A DNA stretch of 64,000 nt, taken from the NCBI GenBank assembly GCA_963828165.1, contig CAWHDR010000001.1:1024001-1088000 (forward strand), given 5' to 3'. The translations under genes were made by a program, and so were the position numbers. Numbering within the stretch: position 1 is the first letter of the stretch; each line of letters begins with the position of its first letter. Under the pieces are notes generated by a model, which saw only the letters and a list, made by a program, of their open reading frames with translations, did not search any database and had not been told where the DNA came from. Below, in pieces: positions 42,620-53,228 of the stretch. The stretch is from an uncultured Chloroflexia bacterium (GTDB taxonomy: Bacteria > Chloroflexota > Limnocylindria > Limnocylindrales > CSP1-4).

Positions 42620-44010
42620 ATGGACAACGACCGGACCCCGACCGAACCGACCACCGACCACGAGCCGCCGAACGTGACCTCCCTCACGCCCGGTCCCTCC
42701 CAGGCTCCGACGTCAACGGCGGCCGGCCAGGGAGGCCGAGCGGTGCTCATCGGCGCGATCGTCGGGCTCGCGTTGGTCGTGACGTTCAGCGCCGGGATCG
42801 GGGTCGGTCGGTTGGTGACGCCTCTGGGCGCCGCCACGGGCACGACCTCGAACCCTGCGTCCGGACCCGCCGCGTCGGCGCCGACCGAGTTCGGCCTGAT
42901 CAAGGAGGCGTGGGACACGATCCATCAGCAGTACGTCGCGAGGGACGAGCTCGACGACAAGGAGCTCATCTACGGCGCCATCGAGGGGTTGACCGAGGCG
43001 GTCGGGGACACCGGCCACACCGACTTCATGACGCCCGAGGAACGAGAGGAGCGCAACGACGCGCTGTCCGGGCTCGTACGTCGGGATCGGTGTCCGGATC
43101 GACGAGACCGATGAGGGCCTGCCGCGGGTCACCTCGGTCTTCCAGGGCAGCCCGGCCGAGGCGGCCGGGCTCAAGCCGGACGACGTGATCGTGGAGGTCG
43201 ACGGCAAGACGACCGTCGAGCACTCGATCGACGAGGTCGCGGGATGGGTTCGGGGAGAGGCCGGCACGACCGTCGAGCTGACGGTCCGGCGGTCCGGCGG
43301 TCCGGACCAGACCGTGTCCATCGTCCGGGCTGACGTGCCGATCGAGCCCGTGACCTGGGCGCTCGTCCCGGGCTCCAGGACCGCGCTCATCCGCCTCGAG
43401 CAGTTCTCGGTCGGCGCGGCCGACGACATGGTCAAGGCGCTCGAGGACGCCCGGGCGGCAGGTGCCGACCGGATCGTCCTGGACCTCCGCGGCAATCCGG
43501 GCGGCTACGTCAACGAGGCCGTCGGGGTCGCCAGCCAGTTCCTGTCGAGCGGCCTCGTGTACATCGAGCGCAACGCGGCAGGCGATCGCGAGGAGCACGC
43601 GGTCGCCCCGGACGGGGTCGCGACGGACCTGCCGGTCGTGGTCGTCGTCGATGGCGACCACCGCCAGCTCCTCGGAGATCGTGTCGGGCGCCCTGCAGGA
43701 TGCTGGGCGCGCGAAGATCGTCGGCGAGACGACGTTCGGGACCGGCACCGTGCTTGGCGAGTACACGCTCTCGGACGGCTCGGCGCTGCGGATCGGGACC
43801 GTCGAGTGGCTGACCCCCGACGGCCGCCGGATCTGGCACGAGGGCATCGCGCCGGACGTGCCGGTCACGTTGCCTGATGGCGTCGTGCCGCTCACCCCGG
43901 ACGACGTGCGGAATCTCAGTCCCGCCCAGATCGACGGGACACAGGACGCCCAGCTGGCGAAGGCGCTGGAGGCCGTCACGACCGAGTCCGTCGCGGGCGA
44001 CGCGCCCTGA
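42620..44010 (+). CDS. S41 C-terminal processing protease, CtpA-like (frameshifts ~43070, ~43660)
   Basis: TM anchor, GIG PDZ, DLRGNPGG, TASSSEI, GETTFG, GIAPD. Confidence 0.88.
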
Positions 44011-44023
44011 CCCGACCAGGGCG

Positions 44024-45295
44024 TCACGCGGCACCCGGCTCGACCGATGCGCCCTCGGCGATCGTGCCCGGCACCGGCTCACCCGACGGCGGACGACGGA
44101 TCGCCATCGCCGCGAACCCGGCGAGGATCGCGATCCAGCCCGCCGCCACGAACGCCGGGGCGTAGTCGCCGACGCTCTCGCGAACGATGCCCGCGACCCA
44201 GGCCGCGATGGCGGCACCGAGCATATGCGCGGCGAAGACCCAGCCGTACACGATCCCGACGTTGTGCCGGCCGAATCGATCGGCCACGAGGGCGACGGTC
44301 GGTGGCACGGTAGCGATGTAGTCGAGCCCGAAGAGGACCGCGAACGCCGCGATCGACACGGTGTCGTGGATGAACGGCAGGAACAGCAGGCTCACGCCGC
44401 GGAAGCCGTAGTAGACGAGCAGCAGGCGGCGCGGATCGATCCGATCGGTCAGCCAGCCGCTGGCGATCGTGCCGATGAAGTTGAAGAGGCCCATCACCGC
44501 CAGCGCACCGGAGGCGGCCACGGCCGTGAACCCGTGGTCGACCGCATGTGGGATGAAGTGCTGGCCGACCAGGCCGTTCGACGTGGCGCCGCAGATGAAG
44601 AACGTGCCGGCGAGGAACCAGAAGTCGGACGTCCGGACGGCGCGACGCATCACGCCGGGATCGCCACGGCGGGTCGGGGCGATCGCCCCCTCGGTCACAC
44701 CCAGCGGTCGCGCCCCGACGTCCGCGGGATCCTCGCGGACCCACAGGAGGACTGGCACGATCAGCAGGAGTGCCAGCACGCCGAGGACCACGGCCCCCGG
44801 CCGCCAGCCCGCGGTCACCGCCAGCGCGGTCAGCAACGGGAAGAAGATCAGCTGCCCGGTGCTCGTGCTCGCGCCCAGGATCCCGGTGACGAGGCCGCGG
44901 TGCTTGACGAACCAGCGTGTGGCGACCGTGGGGCCAAGGACGCTGGCCACCAGCCCGGTGCCGAGACCCGAGAGCAGCCCGAACAGCAGGGTCAACTGCC
45001 AGATCTCGCGGACCAGGCTGGTCGCGATGAGCGCGATGCCGGTCACGATCAGGCTGATCAGCACCACGGAGCGGACCCCGACTCGGGCCATGAGCCATCC
45101 GCTCAAGGGGCCCGACAGTCCGAAGACGACGAGACCGGCCGCCGCGGCGAATGACACCGATGCCGTGGACCAGCCGGGCTCCTCGGTCATCGTCAGGAGG
45201 AATGCCCCGGGCGCCGAACGCACCCCGGCCGTGACCAGCACGACCACGGCCGTGACGGCGACCACGACCCAGCCGTAGAAGAACGCCCGTCGCAT
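44024..45295 (-). CDS. MFS transporter
   Basis: 12 TM; WFVKHRGL; GWLTDRID. Confidence 0.9.
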   Translation of the reverse strand: MRRAFFYGWVVVAVTAVVVLVTAGVRSAPGAFLLTMTEEPGWSTASVSFAAAAGLVVFGLSGPLSGWLMARVGVRSVVLISLIVTGIALIATSLVREIWQLTLLFGLLSGLGTGLVASVLGPTVATRWFVKHRGLVTGILGASTSTGQLIFFPLLTALAVTAGWRPGAVVLGVLALLLIVPVLLWVREDPADVGARPLGVTEGAIAPTRRGDPGVMRRAVRTSDFWFLAGTFFICGATSNGLVGQHFIPHAVDHGFTAVAASGALAVMGLFNFIGTIASGWLTDRIDPRRLLLVYYGFRGVSLLFLPFIHDTVSIAAFAVLFGLDYIATVPPTVALVADRFGRHNVGIVYGWVFAAHMLGAAIAAWVAGIVRESVGDYAPAFVAAGWIAILAGFAAMAIRRPPSGEPVPGTIAEGASVEPGAA

Positions 45296-45335
45296 CAGCG
45301 GATGCTACCGGTCAGCCTGTTCCGAGCGGTGCCCG

Positions 45336-45428
45336 CCATTCACCACCGCTGAACATCTGCGCATCCCAGGCTCCACTTCGGAGCCGCCCGTGCCTGTCCA
45401 AGGGAGTTTGTTCGCTACTGGTGAATGG
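45336..45428. ncRNA. Candidate structured RNA element of unknown family
   Basis: Terminal 10-bp perfect stem ccattcacca/tggtgaatgg with nested gaaca/tgttc, tccc/ggga, ggctcc/ggagcc. Confidence 0.4.
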
Positions 45429-45523
45429 ATCGTCATGATGGCGACGTACCCTGGGCGGTCAGCGACCTTGGGCCTGCATTCGTTCACCCTCGGTGAATCT
45501 GGCCGAGGCGTTCCGTAGCCCGG

Positions 45524-47113
45524 TTAGAGGAGCTCCCCGTGGGCAGCCGCGGTGGGTTCGCCCTCGCGTGGGCGTGGCTCTTCGCCGGGGCCGTACTCGG
45601 TCGCCGCGGCGTTCGCCTCGCCCCCCGGATCCGCGATCTCGCCGGCCTCGATCACGCGCAGCGGCGCCCCGGCCTGGCCCTCGAGTGCGCCGACGCCGAA
45701 CGGCACCCATTTCGAGGGGTCCTGGAGGCGGTGGGCCTCGGTGTTGCCGCGCTGGTGGACCTCATCGAATCCCTTTGGCTCGATCCACATGCGCTCACCC
45801 TCGAGCAGTCCCAGGACGCCCGACTGGCCGGGCTCCGGGCGCTCGTGCTGGCAGTACGCGCAGGCCGCCGAATCGTGCTTTCGATAGTTCTCCGGCTCTT
45901 CGTACGTCGTGATGTAGCCCTCGTAGTTGCGCAGCACCACCTTGTGATCCGAGTACGAGATCAGGTAGTTGGGCATGACCGGGATCTTGCCGCCGCCGCC
46001 GGGCGCATCGATCACGTAGGTCGGCACGGCGTAGCCCGATGTATGGCCGCGCAGGCCTTCCATGATCTCGAGCCCCTTGCCGACGGGCGTCCGGAAGTGC
46101 CCGGAGCCTTCGACGAGGTCGCATTGGTACAGGTAGTACGGCCGGATCCGGTTGGCGACGAGCTTGTGGACGAGCGAGCGCTGGATGTGGACGCAGTCGT
46201 TGACGCCGGCCAGCAGCACGCTCTGGTTGCCCACGGGCAGCCCGGCCCTGGTCAGCTTGTCGACCGCGCGCGAGACCTCCGGGGTGATCTCGTTCGGGTG
46301 GTTGAAGTGCAGGTTGATCCAGAGTGGGTGGTACTTCTCCAGGACCTCACACAGCTCGTCGTCGATGCGCTGTGGCAGGAACACCGGCACCCGCGACCCG
46401 ATCCGGATGATCTCGATGTGCGGGATCTCGCGCAGGCCGCGCAGGATCTTCTCGAACAGCTTCGGCGCGAGGGTCAGGCCGTCGCCGCCCGAGATCAGGA
46501 CGTCGCGAACCTGCGGGGTGCGGCGAAGGTATTCGAGCTGCGCCTCGTGATCACGGCTGTTGAAGTTCTGGGTGGGGTCGCCCACGATCCGCGACCGGGT
46601 GCAGTACCGGCAGTACGAGGCGCACTGCGTCGTCACGAGCATCAACACCCGGTCTGGATACCGGTGGACGAGCCCGGGCACCGGCGAGTGGCGGTCCTCG
46701 GCGAGCGAGTCCTCCATCATCGCGGTGAAGGCCTCGTGCTCCGAGCCGATCGGGATGACCTGGCGCCGGATCGGGTCGTCGGGGTCGTCCGGGTCGATGA
46801 GCGAGATGAAATACGGCGTGATGTCGACGCGGAACTTGTCCGGCGCCGAGAGGCCCTCGCGCTCTTCCTCGGTGAGGTTGAGGATCTGCCCGACCTCCTC
46901 GAGGTCGTTGACGCGGTGCGAAAGCTGCCAGCGCCAGTCGTTCCACTGCGCGTCGGGCACGTCCTCGTAGATCGGGGCGCGCCGGCTGACGGCGGGGCGG
47001 CCGTCCGGACCCAGCACCCGCGCAGGGTCGGACAGGTTCACGAACGGCGCCTCCGCCGCGGCGCGGGCCGTTGCCTGGTGCGCGACGGCGGTCTTGATCT
47101 CCTGGGCGTCCAC
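45524..47113 (-). CDS. kamA: Lysine 2,3-aminomutase (KamA family radical SAM)
   Basis: WNDWRWQL, GLVHRYPDR, CASYCRYCTR, SGGD, PYYLYQCD, DAPGGGGK(PLP Lys)IP; GGAGG SD. Confidence 0.9.
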   Translation of the reverse strand: MDAQEIKTAVAHQATARAAAEAPFVNLSDPARVLGPDGRPAVSRRAPIYEDVPDAQWNDWRWQLSHRVNDLEEVGQILNLTEEEREGLSAPDKFRVDITPYFISLIDPDDPDDPIRRQVIPIGSEHEAFTAMMEDSLAEDRHSPVPGLVHRYPDRVLMLVTTQCASYCRYCTRSRIVGDPTQNFNSRDHEAQLEYLRRTPQVRDVLISGGDGLTLAPKLFEKILRGLREIPHIEIIRIGSRVPVFLPQRIDDELCEVLEKYHPLWINLHFNHPNEITPEVSRAVDKLTRAGLPVGNQSVLLAGVNDCVHIQRSLVHKLVANRIRPYYLYQCDLVEGSGHFRTPVGKGLEIMEGLRGHTSGYAVPTYVIDAPGGGGKIPVMPNYLISYSDHKVVLRNYEGYITTYEEPENYRKHDSAACAYCQHERPEPGQSGVLGLLEGERMWIEPKGFDEVHQRGNTEAHRLQDPSKWVPFGVGALEGQAGAPLRVIEAGEIADPGGEANAAATEYGPGEEPRPREGEPTAAAHGELL

Positions 47114-47156
47114 GCGGGCGACCTCCGGGTTCGGTCTCGGCTACGACGGTTCTGGA

Positions 47157-47173
47157 TGCATAGAAAGTATGCA
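47157..47173. promoter_or_regulatory. Putative operator upstream of kamA
   Basis: Perfect AT-rich palindrome TGCATA-GAAAG-TATGCA just downstream of a minus-strand TATCAT -10. Confidence 0.55.
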
Positions 47174-47232
47174 GCCTGCAAGTCGACGGATGATAGCCGA
47201 GGACCGTTGGACGGGTCCAGAGGCCGGATGTC

Positions 47233-48195
47233 CTACTCGAATCGGTGTTCAAGCACCTCGCCCGTTCGAGCGTCGAGCGTCACCATGCCCAAGAATCCCG
47301 CCGGGCTTTCGCGGAAGAGGCCGATCGCCCACGTGCCGGCGTCCGGGTCCAACGTGTGTGTCGAATTGATCCAGGTCCCCTCGGGGGCTCGATGCAACCA
47401 AGCGGAGAACCGTTGGTCCGCAAGCGTGGCGTCGATGGCCTCGGCGGGCGTCAGGAACTCGAACGGCGTTCCGCCGGCGATCCAACTGTCGAGGCTGACC
47501 TCCACGGGGTCGCTTTCGTGATCGATGACGCGCGGGAACGAGGCGGTGATCCGGACCGGGCCGTTCGGTGCTGGGAGGTCGCCGAGGCCGCCATCCCACC
47601 GAGCTCGGTGGACGAGGCGCTCACCAGCGGCCAGGTCATGCATCAGGCCAAGATCCGCGCAGCCGACATCGCGGCCGATGTGGTCGGCGGGCGTGAAGCC
47701 GATGAGCAGATATGCCTGACCGGCGTGCCCCACGGGTTCAAGGGCAAACGACTTGAACCGTTCGGCCAGTCCGGCTTGATCGGCACCGCCCAACCAACCA
47801 CCGCCCAGGACACCGAGGACGGTGGCGACGTTGGCACAGCCGTCGGTCATCCAATCGACGGGGACGTCAGTCGTGTTGCGGACCGTCACCGTTACCCATG
47901 TCGGCGTACCGGCTTCGAGTGGATTCCGGTCGAGCACCAGATGGATTTCGATTCCATCGACGTTGGCGGTGGCCTCCGCGGTGAGTACGGGGGGTGTGGG
48001 GACGGCCGACGAAGTGGCAACGGGCGAAAGAGACGGAGATGCCCGGGGCGTCGGATCAAGCCCCGTTGCCGCAGTGGCCAGCGACTGACCAGGACCGGCA
48101 AGCCAGCTCGCGGACGGTCCAGGGCCCGCGCAGCCCGCGAGGAGCGCGATCGCGCTCGATAGGGCGAGTGCCCGCAGCGGGCTGCGAACCGTCAT
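47233..48195 (-). CDS. Hypothetical lipoprotein with PepSY-like C-terminus
   Basis: Lipobox LAGC, S/P/T linker, LTPAEAID...VTLDARTGEVL; GGAGG SD. Confidence 0.65.
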   Translation of the reverse strand: MTVRSPLRALALSSAIALLAGCAGPGPSASWLAGPGQSLATAATGLDPTPRASPSLSPVATSSAVPTPPVLTAEATANVDGIEIHLVLDRNPLEAGTPTWVTVTVRNTTDVPVDWMTDGCANVATVLGVLGGGWLGGADQAGLAERFKSFALEPVGHAGQAYLLIGFTPADHIGRDVGCADLGLMHDLAAGERLVHRARWDGGLGDLPAPNGPVRITASFPRVIDHESDPVEVSLDSWIAGGTPFEFLTPAEAIDATLADQRFSAWLHRAPEGTWINSTHTLDPDAGTWAIGLFRESPAGFLGMVTLDARTGEVLEHRFE

Positions 48196-48312
48196 GGGCC
48201 GTCCTCCGTCCAGTCAGAGGACGGCCGACAGGATCGGCAGGTGACGGGCGACGCCGGGAATCGAATGACCCCGGCGGTGACCGGGGCCTTCAAGGTGTCG
48301 GCATCGGAGCGG

Positions 48313-48633
48313 CTACTCCCCGATCACCGCCCAGAGGAAGCCCATCATGATGAAGAACCCGCTGAACATCATGATCAGCCCGAGCGCACCGTACGGGGTG
48401 CTGGCGCCGCTGTGCGGAACGAGCTGCAGCCCGATCCCGAAGACCACGGCCCAGGCGATGAACAGGAACGTGAAGAGGAACTTCGCGTTCGGGTTCGTGA
48501 TCCTGCGGACCCACCCGGCGCCGCCCTCGGACGAGAGCGCGGCCTTGAGCATGATCCCGATCATCGCGGTGACGACGACGACACTGATGCCGAACGGGAT
48601 GGGCTGCTGGAAGGCGACGAGGAACAGCTGCAT
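48313..48633 (-). CDS. Small membrane protein (3 TM)
   Basis: Three hydrophobic helices; leaderless TAGCAT. Confidence 0.65.
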   Translation of the reverse strand: MQLFLVAFQQPIPFGISVVVVTAMIGIMLKAALSSEGGAGWVRRITNPNAKFLFTFLFIAWAVVFGIGLQLVPHSGASTPYGALGLIMMFSGFFIMMGFLWAVIGE

Positions 48634-48704
48634 CGTCCCGGATGCTAGCAGATGACCGGCCGCCCACGACGGCCGCCCCGGCCCGTCACGACTACGATGG
48701 CGAC

Positions 48705-50984
48705 GTGACCCCTTTCGATCGCCTCGGCCGTTTCGTCGTGCGTCGCGCGCGCCTGGTCATCGGGGCGTGGGCCGTGCTGATCGCGGTGGCGTTGCCGCTC
48801 GCCCCACAGGCGCCGGGCGCGCTCAGCGCGGGTGGCTTCATCAGCGACGACCTCGAGTCGGCCCGAGCGAAGTCCATCCTCGAAGCCGAGCTCGGGACGC
48901 CGCCGTCGGCGCTCGTCGTCGTCTTCTCGAGCCCGGATCTCGAGGCGGGCACCCCGCCCTTCGAGCTGGCCGCGGCGGCGGCCATGCGCGACATCCCCGA
49001 CGCGCAGCACGTGGCAGGTGTCGTCTCCCACCTGCTCCAGCCGCGCCAGGTGTCGGCCGATCGCCACACCGCCTACGACATCGTCCTGCTCGACCTCCCA
49101 CCGGACGACTCCCCGAAGGCCCTGCCGATCCTGCGCTCGACCCTGCGCGAAGCGCCGAACCTGACCGTCGAACTCGCGGGGGGCCCGGCCTTCTACGGCG
49201 ATGTCCAGACGGTCAGCGAGCAGGACCTCCAACGCAGCGAGCTCATCTCGCTGCCGCTGGCGGCGCTCGCGCTCCTGCTGGTCTTCGGGTCCCTCGTGGC
49301 GGCTGGCGTCCCGCTCGTGGTCGGCGGGGCGAGCGTCCTCGTGGCACTGGCCGGTGTCTTCCTGATCGCGTCGGTGATGCCGATGAGCATCTTCGTGCTC
49401 AACCTCGCCACCCTCCTGGGTCTGGGTCTCGGTGTGGACTACTCCCTGCTCATGACCAGCCGCTACCGTGAGGAGCTGGCCAGACACCCCGCGGCGACCG
49501 AAGCGGACGTCGCGGACGCCGTCCGCATCACCGTCGCGACCGCCGGCCGCGCGGTGTTCTTCAGCGGATTGACCGTCCTGCTGGGGCTGCTCGGCCTCGT
49601 GCTCTTCGATTTCATGATCCTGCGCAGCGTCGGGATCGCCGGGGCGCTCGTCGTCGCGCTGGCGGTCGTCGCGGCGCTCACGCTGCTGCCGGCGGTCCTC
49701 ACGGTGATCGGCCCGCGGCTCGATCGGTTCGCGGTTCGACGCGTCTCGACGTCGCCCGAAGGTGATGGCTCGTGGGCCCGTCTCGCCCGCTGGGTCATGC
49801 GCCGGCCGATCGCGGTCCTCATCCCGACGCTGGCCGTCCTGCTCCTGCTGGGCGCCCCGTTCCTGCACGTCCGGTTCAACGCCCCGGACGCCAGCATCCT
49901 GCCGCCGGGCGTTCCGTCACGCGCCGCGTTCGATCGCCTCCAGAAGGAGTTCGGGGAAGGCGCCTTCGCGCCGATCACTGTCGCGATCCGGACCGACGGC
50001 GACGCGACGCGTCCCGATAACGTCGCCCGGCTGTACGAGTATTCGCGCCGGATCGCGGATGACTTCCGCGTCCGCCGGATCGACAGCCTCGTCGACGTCG
50101 AGCCCCGGCTGACGCTCGAGCAGTACCAGCTGCTCTACAGCGACCCGAATGGCCCGCGCGATCGGTTCATCGCCACCGTCCTGGCTGCATCGACCCGGGG
50201 CGACCTGACCGCGTTCACCCTCACCACGCCGTATGGCCCCAACCGCGCCGAAGGGCGGGCGCTCGTCGCCGACCTGCGCGACCCGAACAGCGCGATCGCG
50301 CCACCTCCGGGCTTCACGATCCTTGTCGGCGGAGGCGCCGCGGATGTGGCGGACGTCGTCGACGGCGTCGCCGCGGACTTCCCCCGGACCGCCCTGTTCA
50401 TCATCGTCACGACGTACCTCGTGCTGTTCGCCTTGCTGCGCTCGGTCGTGCTGCCGGCCAAGGCGCTGGTGATGAACACGCTCTCGATCACCGCGAGCTT
50501 CGGCGCGCTCGTCTGGATCTTCCAGGACGGGAACCTGTCGGCGCTCCTCGGCTTCGCGCCGCTCGGGTTCGTGGAGACCACCCAGCCCGTGATCCTGTTC
50601 TGCGTCCTGTTCGGGCTCTCGATGGACTACGAGGTCTTCCTGCTCACTCGCATGAAGGAGGTGTGGGACGCGACCGGCGACAACACGGAGGCGGTCGCGC
50701 GCGGCCTGGAGCGGAGCGGCCGGATCGTCACCTCGGCGGCGCTCATCGTGGTGGTGGTGGCGGCGTCCTTCGTGTTCGCCGACATCGTGCTGATCAAGGC
50801 GCTGGGACTGGGCGTCGCGATCGCGGTGGCCCTGGACGCGACCGTGGTGCGCGCCTTGCTGGTGCCGTCGACGATGCGGTTGCTGGGGAGATGGAACTGG
50901 TGGATGCCGGCATGGCTGGAACGGCTCGTCGGTGGGCGGCTGCCCACGTCGGAGGCCGACGCCGACGCGGCGGCCGTTCGATGA
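48705..50984 (+). CDS. MMPL/RND family transporter
   Basis: GLGVDYSL, TAGRAVFFSG, FGLSMDYEVFL, LVPSTM.LLGRWNWW. Confidence 0.92.
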   Translation: MTPFDRLGRFVVRRARLVIGAWAVLIAVALPLAPQAPGALSAGGFISDDLESARAKSILEAELGTPPSALVVVFSSPDLEAGTPPFELAAAAAMRDIPDAQHVAGVVSHLLQPRQVSADRHTAYDIVLLDLPPDDSPKALPILRSTLREAPNLTVELAGGPAFYGDVQTVSEQDLQRSELISLPLAALALLLVFGSLVAAGVPLVVGGASVLVALAGVFLIASVMPMSIFVLNLATLLGLGLGVDYSLLMTSRYREELARHPAATEADVADAVRITVATAGRAVFFSGLTVLLGLLGLVLFDFMILRSVGIAGALVVALAVVAALTLLPAVLTVIGPRLDRFAVRRVSTSPEGDGSWARLARWVMRRPIAVLIPTLAVLLLLGAPFLHVRFNAPDASILPPGVPSRAAFDRLQKEFGEGAFAPITVAIRTDGDATRPDNVARLYEYSRRIADDFRVRRIDSLVDVEPRLTLEQYQLLYSDPNGPRDRFIATVLAASTRGDLTAFTLTTPYGPNRAEGRALVADLRDPNSAIAPPPGFTILVGGGAADVADVVDGVAADFPRTALFIIVTTYLVLFALLRSVVLPAKALVMNTLSITASFGALVWIFQDGNLSALLGFAPLGFVETTQPVILFCVLFGLSMDYEVFLLTRMKEVWDATGDNTEAVARGLERSGRIVTSAALIVVVVAASFVFADIVLIKALGLGVAIAVALDATVVRALLVPSTMRLLGRWNWWMPAWLERLVGGRLPTSEADADAAAVR

Positions 50985-52211
50985 AACGCCGGATGGGTCG
51001 ACGCGCTGGTGCCGCGCTGGCGACCCTGTTGGTAGTCGGCGCCTTGACGGGCGGCTGCACCCCCGGCCGACCGATCCTGGCCAACCCGACGGCGCCCCTC
51101 CCCTCATTGGCACCGGCGACGGACGCGCCCGTCCGCGCGGCCGATCCGGTCCCGGTGGTCCTCCCACGCGACGACGGCCCGCACGACCGCCTGTCCGAGT
51201 GGTGGTACTACACGGGCCACCTCGACGCGACGGCCCCGGATGCCACGAAGCGCAAGCTCGGGTTCGAATACGTCATCTTCCGGGCCGAGCGCGGCGGCTT
51301 CCCGACGGCCTGGGCCTCGCACCTGGCCATCACCGACGAGACGGGCGATCGGTTCCTGTACGGCCAGCGGCTCGAGGTCGGTGAGGGTGTCGATCGCTCG
51401 CCGCGTACGACCGATGGAACCCCGACTGGCTTCGACCTGTCCCTCTCCGGCCTCGATCCCACCGATCCGACGACCTTCGACCAGCCGGCTTGGACGATGA
51501 ACGGCTCCGGCGGCACCGACCGGCTCAGCGCGACGCTGGCCCCCCACGAAGCTGCCGCGGCCGGGAGCGCAGGCGGTCTGGCGCTCGAGCTGGAACTCGA
51601 GGCGACCAAGCCAGCGGCATTGCACGACCGCGACGGCTGGATCGACTTCGGTCCGGCCGGCAGCTCGTACTACTACTCCCGGACCGCGATGGACGCCAGC
51701 GGCTCGGTCACGATCGACGGTCGGGAGCTGACGGTGAGCGGCGAGGCCTGGTTCGACCACCAGTGGGGCGACTTCATCAGCGTCGGCGGTGGTGGCTGGG
51801 ACTGGTTCGCGGTCAACCTCGACGACGGCACAGACCTGACCATGTCGCTCGTTCGCGACACCGACGGTTCATATCCGCTGGTCTACGGGACGGTGGTCGA
51901 AGCGGACGGCCGCACCCGCCACCTCGGACGTGACGACTTCCACGTCGAGGTCACCGAGCGCTGGACGAGCCCGGAGACCGGCGCCGACTACCCGGCCGGC
52001 TGGACGCTCACGATCCCAAGCGCCGAGCGATCTGCGCATCGACCTCAGCCCGACCGTCGCGGCACAGGAGCTCGACACGCGTCGGACCACCGGCGTGGTG
52101 TATTGGGAGGGTTCACAGGTCGTCCGCGGCACGCGCTCGGGGGCGCCGATCGGCGGCGAGGCGTACGTGGAGCTGACCGGCTACGCACCGAGCGGGCCGG
52201 CGGGACCGTAG
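50981..52211 (+). CDS. AttH/CrtC-like lipocalin-fold lipoprotein (frameshift ~52025)
   Basis: PRDDGPH..EWWYYTG, SYYYS, WFDHQWG, GWDWF, YWEG, YVELTGY. Confidence 0.85.
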
Positions 52212-52267
52212 CGAGTCTGCGGGGCCGCAGCGGGCCGGCGGGGTGTGGCGACTCGCGCTGCCAGGGG

Positions 52268-53066
52268 CTACGGTGCGGTCAGCGGTGGCAGGGTGACGTC
52301 GGCGGAGGCCGCCAGGGTGCGCGAGGCGGCGTCGATGGCGTCGAGACCACCGACGACCCGAAGCATCTTCTCCGCAGCCGCCACGTACGCGCGGCTGCTC
52401 GACAGTGACGATGAGAGCCCCTCATCGGCGATCTTGGCGATGGCCGCGTAGAACGCGACGAAGTCCGCCGAGACGGACTCGGCCCGATCCCATCCGCCGA
52501 CGGTCGGGGCGAGACGCTGACCGACCGTCGCGGTCGAGGCCATCGCACGGAGGATGGGCGCGATCTCGGAGCTCGAAGGCTTCGTGGTCGCGAGCGCATC
52601 AGAAAGACGGCCGGCGTCGGTGACGACGCGCTGGTTGATGAGGGTCGTCTGGCGTAGGGCCGACAGGGCGCTGCTGGGGATGCCCGGGTCGACCGCGGGC
52701 GGCGGAGGTGCGACCACGACCGGCGCCTGGCTCGGCGTGACGGCAGGCGGGGCCGGCTGGATGACGGCCTGGGCGGGCTGCGCCGTCGAGCATGGTCATG
52801 AGCGCGACGAGTCCGGCCCCAAGGGCGAACCCGCCAAGACCGCCCGCGCCGACGAAGACCACCGCGCGAGAAGCCTTCACGCCCGCGATGAGCCGCGTCG
52901 CACACCCCGGGCAGCGACGCGCTCCCGAATCGAGCGGCCTGGAACAGGCCGGGCACGCGACGATGTTCGCGTCCAACTCCCCGATCGGCAGCGACGGTGC
53001 CATTGGCGTGCCGCGGCCGCGACGGCCGATCCGTCCGACTTTGTGGCTTCCGATGTCGAGCGTCAT
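52268..53066 (-). CDS. Membrane-anchored protein with N-terminal double CxxC zinc ribbon (frameshift ~52770)
   Basis: CPAC...CPGC, TM helix, Pro linker, helical C-domain. Confidence 0.55.
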
Positions 53067-53192
53067 GGGTCTCCCCCCGTGACCTGGCAGCGGGCCGGCC
53101 CCGTGGTGATGAGTTTGGGCCGCTCGCGGGCGATCACCTAGCGGACGAAGGTCCGGTGGTCGAGGGGTACTGCGACCGCCCAGAGCCACGGG

Positions 53193-53222
53193 TGGACAGG
53201 TCGTATTGATACTGAGTATCAT
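53193..53222 (+). promoter_or_regulatory. Fur-family box overlapping promoter
   Basis: Perfect 7-1-7 TGATACT-G-AGTATCA (53207-53221) overlapping TGGACA-18-TATCAT. Confidence 0.75.
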
Positions 53223-53228
53223 CACGGC

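Noticed and set aside
45398-45471. Loose resemblance to a yybP-ykoY Mn riboswitch (AAGGGAGT...CGTCAT...GACCTT) on the plus strand
   Set aside because: No downstream plus-strand gene (it faces the kamA 3' end) and the core GGGGAGUA is not matched.
47157-47173. ArgR ARG box
   Set aside because: TGCAT/ATGCA half-sites are 7 nt apart rather than 4; kept only as an unassigned operator.
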